Below the pieces are notes generated by a model that saw only the letters and a list, made by a program, of their open reading frames with translations, had not been told where the DNA came from and did not search any database. Positions 11,523-23,091 of a stretch of DNA of 64,000 nt are shown one piece after another (the stretch's first letter is position 1; each line of letters begins with the position of its first letter). Location of the stretch: positions 38,928-102,927 of the forward strand of contig DF237136.1 in the NCBI GenBank assembly GCA_000708835.1. Direction: 5' to 3'. A program made the position numbers and the translations under genes. Origin of the DNA: Klebsormidium nitens. Lineage: Eukaryota > Plantae > Klebsormidiophyceae.

Positions 11523-14500
11523 CTACGAGGTCCCCAGCAGGGGCACGCGCTCCTGGGCGCTCTCCTGTCTGCTGAACGGCGACGTCGGCTGGCCCCGGGC
11601 GGCGCCAAGCCTCCCCACTGGCCCCGTCTCCAGCCCCGCCTTGCTCCCTGCTCCCGCGGGCAGCAGCAGCCGCCGCAGCGGCGCCAGGCCGGTCGCGTAC
11701 ACCCCCGCGCCCGCCAGGCCCAGCGCGAGCACGAGGAGGGCAGCGCCCATGGTGGCAAAGCGCTGCGGCAGGGTGAGGCGCAGGCCGTGCTGCAGCGCCG
11801 CCTGCATGCCCGCCTCCGCCGCCACAGAGGCCGCGGCGGTGCCAGCAAACAGCACGGCCAGGCGCTGGTCCGCCGTCGAGCGCAGCAGCGCGACGCGCGA
11901 CGCCGTGGTGGAGAGGCGGTGCAGGGCGCGGCTGGTGGCGGTGGCATCCGCAGTGGCGATGGCGGTGGCGACCACGGTGGAGCACACGATGGCCGACACC
12001 TCGTGCACGCACTGCACGCAGAACAGCACGCATTACGGACTGGCGCGGAGCTCGGAACAGGCAGGCCGCACCGCCGATGGGGCCCCCCGAGGAAGGGGAG
12101 AACGCAGCTGACGTCAACCCAAAAACTTGCTCGCTCAAGATTTTGGAGGCGCACCAGTAGATAAATGCGGATGCCTCTGTCAGTGCATCTCGTCTGCTCG
12201 GTTGCACAGAGGAGTCGCTGCGCGGCAGGCGTGGCTGACCTGGTACGCGAGCAGCAGTGCGTAGGTGGACAGCAGCGGGGCAGGGCGTGCGGCGGCCAGC
12301 AGCAGGGCGCCGCACAGCGCGGGGCTGCCCAGGAGCACCGCCCAGTGAAACCGGCGCAAGGGGGCCCGGAAGGTGGCAAACGCAATGGCCGCGGCGGCCA
12401 GGTAGGAAACAGCGGAGAAGTAGCCGTTGTAGTCGCGTGAAGAAGGGCCGCCCTTGACACGGACCAGAGACTGCACGCCACAGAACGGGCTTGACGCGGA
12501 CAGGCAAGCCAACGAGCATGCGCTGTCGGACTGAGACCAGGCAGCGAAGCAATCAGTGTGGCAATCAGCTTCTGCATGACTTGCCAACACCTGATCGTGG
12601 TAATAAGTATAGAATCTTGAGAACTGGAGTTGGCCGGACGCTCCTGCGAAATGCATGGTTTTAAGAATCATAAGAATGCCAAGGCAAAGCTTGGCGTAGT
12701 CACCTGCCAGTAGGTGAGCGTGGCGCGGTGCACCGCCCCCGCCGCAACGGCCCACAGCGTCCAGGGGAGCACGCCCTCCACGCGTACCGCAATGCCCACG
12801 TCCTGCACCGCCCCGCCCAGCGCACCCGCCGAGGCACCCACTGCCGCCACCGCACTCGAGACGAGGCCCGGTGGTGCCGCCCCCTCCTTGCCTCCGCGAG
12901 GAGTCCCCGAGTCTGCCGGGCTCTGGGCCTCCACCGACACTGCACGGAAAGGGAGCGGGGATCCGGTTGACCGACTATGGCTGGTCCTTCGTGATCGAAA
13001 GGAGCGTTCGTGGCTGGAGCTACGGGAGATTGGCACTACTTCGGGACGAAGGAAACCTCCCTCCCTCTGGTCTTCTAGTCACAGTGCAGGAGCCTGGGGC
13101 GAGGTACTTCACTTTCCGGCTTAGCTGAGGTTTACAAAAACAAGCCTTGTCACGCGGCCCTCGACCGAGTTGTTCCCTCGAAGGGACTCTGCAGGCCCGT
13201 AGACTGAATTCTGACTTAGCCGTTTGACAAGGCCCGCGCAGCCGTCCTGTATGGTCGTTTACTTTTAGTTTGAGCATCTCCTTCAAAGATTGAAAGAAAG
13301 CACCATTCAGAGGTGTCGAGAGAAGCCGAAACATGAAAACGATCACTTAACATCACTTGAGAATGGCCGTCAGATGTGTCTGCACGGCTGCTGAATCGAG
13401 CAGCATCCTTTCTGACCGAAGGTCCCAGGCTTAACTTAGGAAACTAAGAGCCTTCGCGTTATGTTTTGCATTTCTCTTGATAACTTTCATGGAACATAAT
13501 CTTGAATCGTTTTGGGACAACAAACGACAGCCATTCTTCCCCTTCGTCTGTGATTTAGAGGTAAACCAACTTCACAGCTCGCCAGGCGGGCGGCCGCCAT
13601 AAATTCCACTAGGTGAAGTCAACTCTTCCAGTCAGTGCAGCCTGGGACTTCACTGTTTACCCAAGAGGATTCCGAAAGCGAAGTACGGGGCTGACCGTGG
13701 GCGGGCGGCGTCTTCCTGGTGGCGGGCAGGCAGCAGGCAACGAGGAAGGCGACGGCCTGGCCCGCCAGGGAGGCGCCAAACAGAGTTTTCAGCGGGAAGC
13801 GGGGCCGCATCAGCTGGCCGAGCACCGCGGCCAAGCAGCTGCCTGGGGGAGAGGGGATGCGTCAGGAACAGGGGAGTAGGGGAACAGGCAGAGCAGAGCG
13901 GGGCGTACACAGCAGCAGGCGCAGCGCGGGATGCTGGCGGACAAGTGAATGGGTACAGTCCCGCAAGGCTGCCACGAACTGACTGGACACAATGCTACCA
14001 ACACCAATATCTGGACCTGGAAACAACAGGCAAATGGCTCCTGACTGGTTGCAAGGTATCTCAAGGTACCGCAATCAGGCTGTGCAGGGGAAAGTTCTGC
14101 TGGAGGACGTGAGCATCCTTGCCTGCCAGCGCAGCCGCCCTGGAGAAGTGGGCCGCAATCTGGTAGCGGCCAGTGGGCAATGAGCCATACACGAGCGCCC
14201 ATGCCGCGGAGTGGCTTGCCATCGAGAGGGCCACCGTCAGCTGAACCCACCCACAAGGACAAGGAGATGCTCAGGCGGTGTACACGAACTCAACCAGCGT
14301 CCTCAAGGATCCCCCGGGGAACCTACTAGGGGGTTACCAGCTAACCAGGAGGCAGAGGTGCGCACAGAGGGACTGGCCTAAGGGACGGGATGGAGCCACA
14401 TGCCGAACACCCGGTCACGAATGATGGAGCTCATTCACAAAAAACTTTCAAAGGTATGTCAAACTCACACAGAGCCAACTCCACAGTTCAAAAGCAGACG

Positions 14501-15762
14501 AGTCTGCAGAAACGTCCAGAGGGGCAGTAATTCCGTATAGCCAGCAGCTAAGACACCCTAAAGCCCCTGAGCCCACAGCGGGCTAGCTAGTGGCCCCCCT
14601 CGTTCACCTCTGCCATCTGCAGTACCGCGAGGCGCGTGGGGAACAGCGTGAGCGCCACAGTGGCAGCCCCGCACACCGCGCCGGCTACCACCACCGCCTT
14701 GCAGCCGACCGCCTCGCTGGCCACGGCCACCAGGAGGAGCGCGGGCAGGTGGCTGTACTGCCACAGGGGGAACACGCGGTCAACAACCTGCAGGACGAGA
14801 CAAACACACGGCCCAGTCAGGCCCCACAGCCTCGCATCACTTCGTGTCCAAAAGGCAGGGGCTCAGGCAGAGGCCGGCAGAGGGCTCTACCAAATGGAAC
14901 CTATGCAGGCAAAGTCATATGGTGGTCATCTGCCTTGATGGGTGTCCTCATGAGGACTGTTGCTGGATGCTTGCAGAGGTGCTTGAAGACTTTGGCTTGC
15001 TGTCACTGCCTACGGAAAAGGGCTGCATATTGATGGGGGAGGCCATACCTGTTTGTTTGTGAGGCCTTTAATATCCACGTAAAAGTCGACTAGGAACGGC
15101 TCCGACGGCTGCGCAAGAAAAAGAAGCCGCAGGGCAGCTTTGCATCAGAGAACGTGCTTCCACATCCAGTGCCGTAGCATGTTGATCCAAATGACCAGGA
15201 AAACAGCACATGGGCTTCCCCTCTCTAAGGCAGCCGAATGAATGACTCCACACGCATGCCTGACAAGGTCCTACGGAGATGCCTCCCAGAGGCTGCCCAG
15301 CAACTTCTCAACCTCCACTGATCTGGTCCGATTGATCATGAGGTGGTGTGTTAGCCGAGCATGCCTGCCGTGGTCACCTTGAGCCAGCAGATGAACAGGA
15401 AGATGCACATCAAGTAGAGCGGGCGCAAAGTTGGGGGGGGGGCAGCAGCGCCCAGCGGACCGCCAATTGTGACGCTTGCAGCATTGCTAGGATCCTGCAA
15501 GGATAGCCCGATGAGGAATTTGAGTGCAACCAATACAGATGCAATGCACGGTTGACCACAGTGTCAAACCAAGTGAACATGTGAGCTGACTCTAGCTGAT
15601 GAGCAGCTTAGATCATAGAGGCCACATGGTACCTGCAGTTTGCAGTTCCAAGAGCAGCTGGTCCTCTGTCGCATGAAACGCATTGGGCTTTGCAGAGCAT
15701 ACCTGCTGTGCACGATGCACTGGGTCGTTTGGCGGACTTTGGTCTGCTTCATGCTGCGTCAT
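11523..15762 (-). CDS. SLC19A: SLC19 (reduced folate carrier / thiamine transporter) family MFS protein, multi-exon
   Basis: Spliced N-terminus LMCIFLFICWLK|PSEPFLVDFYVDIKGLTNKQ|VVDRVFPLWQYSHL matches the SLC19 signature (RPSEPFLTPYL..QVTNEIYPVWTYSYL). Also GRYQIAAHFSRAAALAG, DYNGYFSAVSYL and LAVLFAGT..HGLRLTLPQRF. Stop TAG at 11523. Confidence 0.85.
13107..13683. mobile_element. MITE family 2, copy A (577 bp), in an intron of the SLC19 gene
   Basis: Imperfect TIRs CTTCACTTTCCGG / CCGAAAGCGAAG flanked by TA (13105-06, 13684-85). Colinear with 55367-55974 (shared blocks GATCACTTAACATC, GCTGCTGAATC, CGCCAGGCGG, CACTAGGTGAA). Confidence 0.75.
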
Positions 15763-15970
15763 GCTGGTCCACCTCAGGACGGCCCAAGAACCCCGCCTGG
15801 AGGACGGCTGGCAGCGGAGTTTTAATCTCACTATTTCATCAAGACATTGAGTATTAGGAATTCACGGAGTTGAGAATGGCGCCTGCATAGCGCCAACTGA
15901 CCTGTTCAGCGCTTTGATCCTTGTCAATCATCAATGTACGGTATGGCCGAGGCGCCAGCAGACAAAGGAT

Positions 15971-16003
15971 GACTCTGACTCTGACTCTGACTCTGAGTCT
16001 GAG
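15971..16003. repeat. (GACTCT)n hexamer microsatellite
   Basis: GACTCT x4 followed by GAGTCTGAG. Confidence 0.85.
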
Positions 16004-16082
16004 CCTTGAGGCACTGGTCTGAGACTCAGCCGCGCTTCGACTAGTTGCATGGGAGCTAGGGGACTATCTAGCTAATACAAGG

Positions 16083-16090
16083 TATATAAT
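16083..16090 (+). promoter_or_regulatory. TATA-like element ~29 bp upstream of the 5S rRNA gene
   Basis: TATATAAT at the position typical of plant 5S Pol III upstream elements. Confidence 0.55.
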
Positions 16091-16111
16091 TCATATAATT
16101 ACATAGTCGCC

Positions 16112-16231
16112 GTGGTTCGTTCATACCTAGGCTATTGCGCCGGATCCCATCAGACCTCCGAAGCTAAACGCCTGTGGGCGAGAACAGTACTGGAATGGGT
16201 GACCTTCCGGGAAGTCCTCGTGACGAACCCT
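16112..16231 (+). rRNA. rrn5: 5S ribosomal RNA gene (single, dispersed copy)
   Basis: CATACC..CCGGATCCCATCAGA.CTCCG.AG.TAA.CG..TGGGCGAGA..AGTACT.G.ATGGGTGACC..CCGGGAAGTCCTCGTG aligns with plant cytosolic 5S. Terminal helix GGTTCGT/ACGAACC and helix II AGGC/GCCT show compensatory changes. 5' end uncertain by 1 nt. Confidence 0.95.
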
Positions 16232-17180
16232 CTTTGCTTCCTGCGCCCTTTTGAAATGCCTCGTGACGAACCCATGCCACGTGATGCACCTTGCCACGTT
16301 TTTGCTTTTCTGGAGTATAAAGGCCATGCATGGTGGCCTTGAAGTACTGGCCGCCACCTTGTATGCATCAGTCAGTCATGTATGCACAAATCCACAAAGT
16401 TCATACGTATGCATGCAATGGCATGCCCGTGATGGCATGGTGCAAGACGGATGCCATGGTGGCCCAGGTGCGGCTACGGCGTGCGTAGACATGAAAACAC
16501 ATACCGAATTCAATACCATACTTTTGACTATGGTGCCGAGAGCTACCCCGTACTATATACATGGCCGAAGCAATGAGTTGATGCAATTTAATGGCGCGGC
16601 GAGCCGCTGCATTCTAAGGAGCTATTTGGCTCCACGAGTTCCAAAAGACATCGGTGCAATCTAAGCAATTGATTGAACCACAGCATGTCCAGCTGTATTC
16701 AAAGCGCCTGGCACCGGGTTACAAGATAGTGCACATGATATGCTCAGTTAGTGAAAAGCCTCTCGTCCGGACGAAACAGGTACCGCATGCATCAAGCACT
16801 GAACCTATCGATCCGGAGTGGTGACCTTAATATCGTCGCCTAATTATTTTTTCACGACTCGGTTGTCGACTCTAAGTTGCTGGCATCACTTGAATGCTTT
16901 GTACATACTACATTTAGTGAAATACAATCATCATGTTCTTCTGGCAACGATGCTCGCCCAAAGAAGTTACTCCACGTTGAATGACACATAATTGCTCTAT
17001 AGACCGCTACCCACTTCAATCATGGACATCGTCCTAGCGCGCGAATCATGAACAAGTCTTCCATCTTTTATAGGAAAGAACGCGTTGGAGCAAGTTTTAC
17101 AAACAATGTCGGAGAATTACCCCATCTAAGGTCTCAAACACAAGAATGTCAAGTGCTCAACGTCCACGCTGAGTGGGGTA

Positions 17181-20100
17181 TCATCGATACGCAGATTTGC
17201 CAAATCTTGAGTGGACTTCAATATCAACATGCCTCATCTCCGGCACTTTCCTTTGTATCACCTGCTCGAGTCGATCCACTTCGTCTCCGATTGACTGCAC
17301 AATGGCAGTACCTGCAGCGAAAAAGTTGAGCATGAGCCTTTTCACCAGAGCATCGCTGCTGGGCACCACAATGACGAAGTACACCTCGAGTCATACACGC
17401 GCTGACCTCCAACGACAAGCCTTGGGACACAGAAACTACACGTGCCAGGTCGTATCGTGGAAATGCAAGCTCGCAGAAACTACGGCTGATGCTACAAAGG
17501 CCTGCAGCCCTGACGGCGGGCCGGCCCGCCGGTGCTTTGGCTGGGCGGGCCGCCTCACCGTACTGTTCCAGCGCTTCCTCAACAGCAGCGTCCGTGTTGT
17601 TGGCGAGGGCCTTCTCAAACTGCAAACGAGCGCCAAGCAAAAACTCAGTGCGTCACCAACAGTCCAACCATACGTCTTCTTGAACTCGATGACCGCAACG
17701 CACTACTGCTCAAGCAGCAACTGAAAAAAGAAAGAAGTCACGCAAAGGAGAGTGTCGCAGTTCCGAGCGTGCCCTGGCTGGCTGCCTGCCAGCCCGGACC
17801 CGCGAGCAGCCTGCTGGTGGCGCCTCACATGATCCAGGACCTGCCGGTGGCCCGCGCGCTGGAGAAAGTGGCGGACCACCACGTGGCCACGAAAGTCTGC
17901 GCACGAGAGGGCTTGAGATTCAGGACTGCACAAGCAATGCAGGGAAGACGGAGCCAGTCGAGGGACTGTCTTTGAGAGTACGCTCCTCATGAGAGATATC
18001 ATATCTCAGAGGGGCAGCGTTGGCTCGACACAGGCACAGGTGTGGGTCCGTTGGCGGCTCACCAATCTCGGCCTTGAACCTGAACTCGCCGGGCCCGATC
18101 ACCTCGCTCTTGGCGTCGTAGATGGCGTGCACCACCTGCGGCACAGCACACCCATGCAGCACGCGTCACGTCCACACTACCGTCCACACTCGAACGTGAC
18201 AAGGAGCCACAAGATTGACGCTCCCATGAACAACGAGGCGTCAACCCCGGCGCGATAGTCTTCATGGGACCATGGTCGCAAGCTGTGCAACGGAAAGAAC
18301 GCTGGCAACCTGCTGCAGCGGCAGCGGCAGCGCGTGCTGCAATGGCGCAGCGGCCGGCGTGCAGCTGTGGCGCCCCCCTCACCGGGTCGGCCTTGAGGAG
18401 GTGCATCAGCTCCTGCATCTCGTGCTCGTCCATGGAGCGGCCCAGCAGGGCGGACCGGTTGCGCTGAATCAGAAAGGCCGCCACCTGGGCCACAGCGGGA
18501 GCCCGCAATCAGCACCGCCCCGGACGAGCGTGACCTGCTGCAAAACTGCTGGGGGCGGGCGGGGAGACCGACCGAGCTGGCCCATCGCGAGCCATGAGGC
18601 AACATCGAAGACTGTAACGCCAGCTTCATGAGAAGACGAGAATCACGGCGAGATCTCTTGAACCGAGGCCTCGTCTTCGCTAACGCGGGATTAGGCAATG
18701 TGCTTGAAAGTTGTGGTGGTATTGATAGAAGTTTTGCCTGCGTCTCGTGACAGTCATCTAAGCAGGCTAATTGTGTGCTCACCCCTCCCAGCAGCACGCC
18801 CACCCCAATCGAGCCGATGGCGTCATACACGGGGTTCCCCGTCGCGTGGGTTGCCACCAGCGCCGCTGCAGCTACGCCCAGGCCAATCACCGCCGCGCCG
18901 TCCTGGAGAGAAGAGCAGTGCCACTGGAGTATACGACCAGCCCGTCCTCATGCTTGTCAAACACCAACAGGTGACGTGTAACTCGATCAGACGAAAGACT
19001 GGTGACTCATGAAGAATCAGGAAGGCGATGTGTCATCCAGTCTCTTGCTCGTCCGTTTTCAAAGGGAGCCGTATTGCAAGACAGGATGAGAAGCAAGGCG
19101 CCGCTGTTCCTGCGGCTCGAGGGCCACGGCCGCCTGAAGTGGACAGAGCGCGCACCTCCATGAGGACCGCAACGGCGGTGGGGTCGAGCCCCGCCCAGAG
19201 GTACTTGATGGTGGGCATGTTCTCCGCCTTGGCGCTGTCCCGCACCGCCTTGTACGCCACCCAGAACGAACCGCCTGCCATACGTATGGGCACCCCGGGT
19301 GGGCAACGCAAAATGAGAGCAAGAGAGCAGCATGGAGGCAAGGTGACCGGGACGGCCAAGCAACCAGAAACGGGGTGTAGCCCACCCAAGAGATCCTGCC
19401 TCGAAAACTGAATACCGATCTACGTGCTATCAAATGGGGCCCATAGCAGACTGGAATGTTCGTCATTGGTGCGAAGCCGTCCACGTGAACCAGATCAAGC
19501 CACTGCAGGCAACCAGGCTCCAAAGAAAGGGCCTCTTGCTCAGGACAGAAGGTGAGGAGCTTCATGAGTGCAATGAAGGAGCCGCACATACCTTCTGCAA
19601 GTCCCGATGCTGCCAACACGGCTAGCCCCAGTCCGATGTTTGCAACAGGCTGCAGAGGACAGGCAGGCAAGCGGTCAGTAGAGGAGGCCATCCTGCGAGA
19701 TGAATCCACCAAGAGGCTGGGTACGACCTGGAGACAGGATCCATCAGGGGCGATCAACTTCCAGCTCTGCTAAATTTGCAACAGCATCCGTTGAAATCAA
19801 CCAAAAAACGAAGCTTGGGATTGCCTAGCATGTCCTTCGAAAGCAAAAGGACTGTCGACAGCCCTCCTTGAGACCCGCAGGTCGAGTGGGCCAGAGTCCA
19901 CGCACCTCTGGTGCCATGAGGCAATGTACCCCATGCACGATGTTGATGCCCGCGCCACAGCAGAAGATGCCGGTGGCAGAGATGAGGGCCCAGATGAAGC
20001 GGTCCTTCCCATAGCCGTACCTGCAGCACAAGTCTCACTTCAGCTGTTGAATGCATCGACTGTTACATGATTCCAAATCGTACTATGACCCAGGTAAGCT

Positions 20101-21877
20101 TCCGTTCACTTGTAGCCATTCATGGGCTGCTCTTAGGTCTGCAGAAAGCAGGTCAGAAGTTGACAGCTTGCACAAAAGTGCAAGCAAGGATGTGAAGACT
20201 CACGGGTGCCACTTGTCTGGAGCCCTTCTGGAGAGGTATATGCCATAGGCTAGTAGTGCCTGCAAGAACATAAGGAAGATATTGAGGCTGATGTCATTTC
20301 AAAAACCAAGAAACGCCAAAAACAACGGGTGGAAGTAGTTTCCAGTAGAGATATGAACATCTTCTCAGACATTGTTGCTCCTTTGTGTACACTTGTGGCC
20401 TCATCAACGCGTGTGCGAGGGCTTTCACTCACCTGATTTGCAATATCCGCAAGAGAATGTACTGCTTCTGCCAGCATAACATCACTGGAGGTCCAGAAGT
20501 AAACAAGAAGCTTGCCAAAGAAGACGACGCCATTGATCATGAGTGCCACGTTGACCGCGTGCTCACTGCAAAAACGCACTTGGCGGGTCAGATGAACCGG
20601 ACAGAGTGTTGCTCAAACTCAGAGGCATACTCAATTCGTGCTAGCTTGAACCAGAAAAGGGCATGACACTTCTGGCCATCCTAAAGCTTGAGCCAAGATG
20701 TAATGATACTTTTCAGTAGTCCCAATCTACTCTTGCGCATGCCTGCCCTGGTCCGTGTCGGCCTGCCCCCCCACCTGTGGTCCACCACCACCTGCTTCTG
20801 GATCTCCGCCGCCGTGGGAGGGGGCGTCCGCGGAGCATTGAAAGCCTCAGGGAAGACGTGAAGAGGGGGCTTGGCCTGTGTGCTCTCATACCTCCCTGCA
20901 CCATCCAGCGCCCTTCAGCAGGTCGCAAGTTGAATGGAGTCCAGACAAGCTAACGCCAGGTGCTCATGGACTGATGCACCTAATCACATACGGAATGCAC
21001 AAGGGCCTTCAATCCGTTCAGGAAGACAAGTACCTAGGACATACCACCTACTGACTTAGGTGGCCTGCAATTAATTTTGTGCAAATATGATGACATCAAA
21101 CTCCGAAATTGGGGGTTCCATCTCAATGGGATCCTTTTGTAAACTGCAAAAGTTGTCACTGCTTCTTTTCAAACTTTCAATTGCAGCATGATCCCGGCAG
21201 TTCAGATACAAGAGCTCAAACATTGGGCGGACGACAATCAGCTGATTTTCCAGCCATCCCTCACCTACTGCCCAAGAGGATTGTCGGGAGACTTGTGTTT
21301 CTTCCTCATCATTATGTTTCAGTGGCGAAAGGCCGGCTGCCTGACGCCTTTCTGTAAACCATTTTTGCTTCCACCAGCTTTGAGTATGGAATTTATGCCC
21401 TACAGATTTCTTCCACAATGCCGCTGCAAATGAGCCTCCATTACTGCCTTCGGCTCTGGTGCAATGCAGGTTAGCCCTCTCAAAGTGTGGCCAGTGATGG
21501 TTGTTCGCATTATAGCTTGGTGATTGTCCAAATGAAGCCCGATCTTCTATCCCCTCTGACAGACCTTGTGCGGCTGCAGAACAAGGGGTTCTGATGTCAT
21601 CAGCTATCTGAGTGCAGCTCGTAGCCTCCACACCTTGCCAGCTAGCTTGGTGAAAACTCCTGTGATGTAGATCTGCAAGTGATTGCTTAGCCGGCCCTTG
21701 CAAAATTGTCTGAGGAATGAGCACCTCAGATCTTGCCTTTACTTGCTGAGAAAACACTGGTGAGGTGCCTCCTGGATGATTCAAAACTGCAACTTCCTGA
21801 CTCAATTGAGCAAATCTCCTGAGTTGAGGAAGTTGCCAATCTGCTCGCATCAACGAGAGGCTGCGCTTGGCGGCCAT
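17181..21877 (-). CDS. MTP7: Cation diffusion facilitator, MTP7 / ZnT9 (SLC30A9)-like zinc transporter with long N-terminal extension
   Basis: Spliced: HSEHAVNVAL..LAEAVHSLADIANQ|ALLAYG..HP|YGYGKDRFIWALISATGIFCCGAG..DPTAVAVLMEDGAAV..DAIGSI..NRSALLGRSM..AKSEVIGPGEFRFKAEIDF..GDEVDRLE..MRHVDIE. Stop at 17181. The start (MAAKRSLSL, 21877) is a best guess inside a 357-codon ORF. Confidence 0.88.
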
Positions 21878-23091
21878 GCTTCTATGCCCCAGGGCACAGC
21901 GACAGAATTGCTTGACCTGCGGGCAGCGTGCAGCCCTGCTCGCATGCAGTGCTAGCTCTGCCAGCGATGCTATTTCAATAAATCCCGCGGGTAGACCACC
22001 ATAAGCGCCCATCAATTTCAGCGTTATATAACATGTTTTAGCCATCATTTTACGTTGACTGAGGTCTGGACAACCGTCATTCAAAGCCGCGTGTATTGAC
22101 GTCTCTTGAGTTGAACCTGAAATCGCATACGAGGATCGCAACACGAGATAGTCGCGTCAACCAGCTGACGCCTTCATGCCGGCGCCTTTTGCTCCATCTA
22201 ATACTGTGTTGTGGACAGAAAATGGTTCAAATTCCACAAATATCTGTCGGACGAGAGCAGGCTCTGGCTCGGGCCTGGACAGGCTAGAGCCAGACACTGA
22301 CAGTGAGGCAAAAAGGTCAAAGAACGAAGTTGTAAAAGTGTTCAAATGCTACTTTTACGCGCAAGGTGCGTCAGCATCTTTAACACTCCGGGCACTCGGT
22401 GAAGATCATCAATATCTTGGTTAAGGGCTAGGTAACCGCAAGACAACCGGGGTGGCTTCTGAGGGTCAGCTTGATCACGGTTAAAGCTTCCGAGCTGGTA
22501 ACTAGTAAGCTTCGGTCTTGAGGCTTCAGTGTTTTTGCCTGGTTGAGACCCCGGTTTGGTAATTGACTACCTAGAGAATCGGTGACTGTTCGGTCATGAA
22601 GGAATGCCACTAATAAGTTACTCTATACCCGGTGGTTTGAAGGAGTAGCTTAGGGCGTCCGGTGCTTTGTTCAGGGACCTTGGATGACGCGCTACCGCAC
22701 CCGCGACGACAAGATCATCGGCAATATTGTGGCCGACAGTGCTGGCCTGGGTAACACTCGGCTGATAACACTTTTACAACTTCGTTCTATTGTACTACTA
22801 GCGACAGTGGCGAGGAGTCGAGGCACCTTGCAGAGCCAATCTGCAACTTGCAGTGCCATGCTATGTCTGGTCTGAGCGCAAATGATTTTGTTGTAGGTAC
22901 CTACGTTGCTTTGCCACCTGGCCTCCATTTCTTCGTCATTGCCTCAGGAAATCGAAAGGGATTGCAGATAGGTTCTTCTTGCCTTGCATTGCAGAGGGGC
23001 AGAACGTCGGGGCTGCGCAGGACCATTGCCAGTCAATCACTTGCCACAACTGGTCGGTGTTGCCTGTGAGGGCGCCTGTGCGCTCTCAACG

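Noticed and set aside
11429-12577. Long overlapping GC-rich ORFs (382 aa, 371 aa and similar elsewhere in the track)
   Set aside because: Shadow frames of GC-rich exons in real spliced genes; Arg/Pro/Ala-rich with no independent signal.
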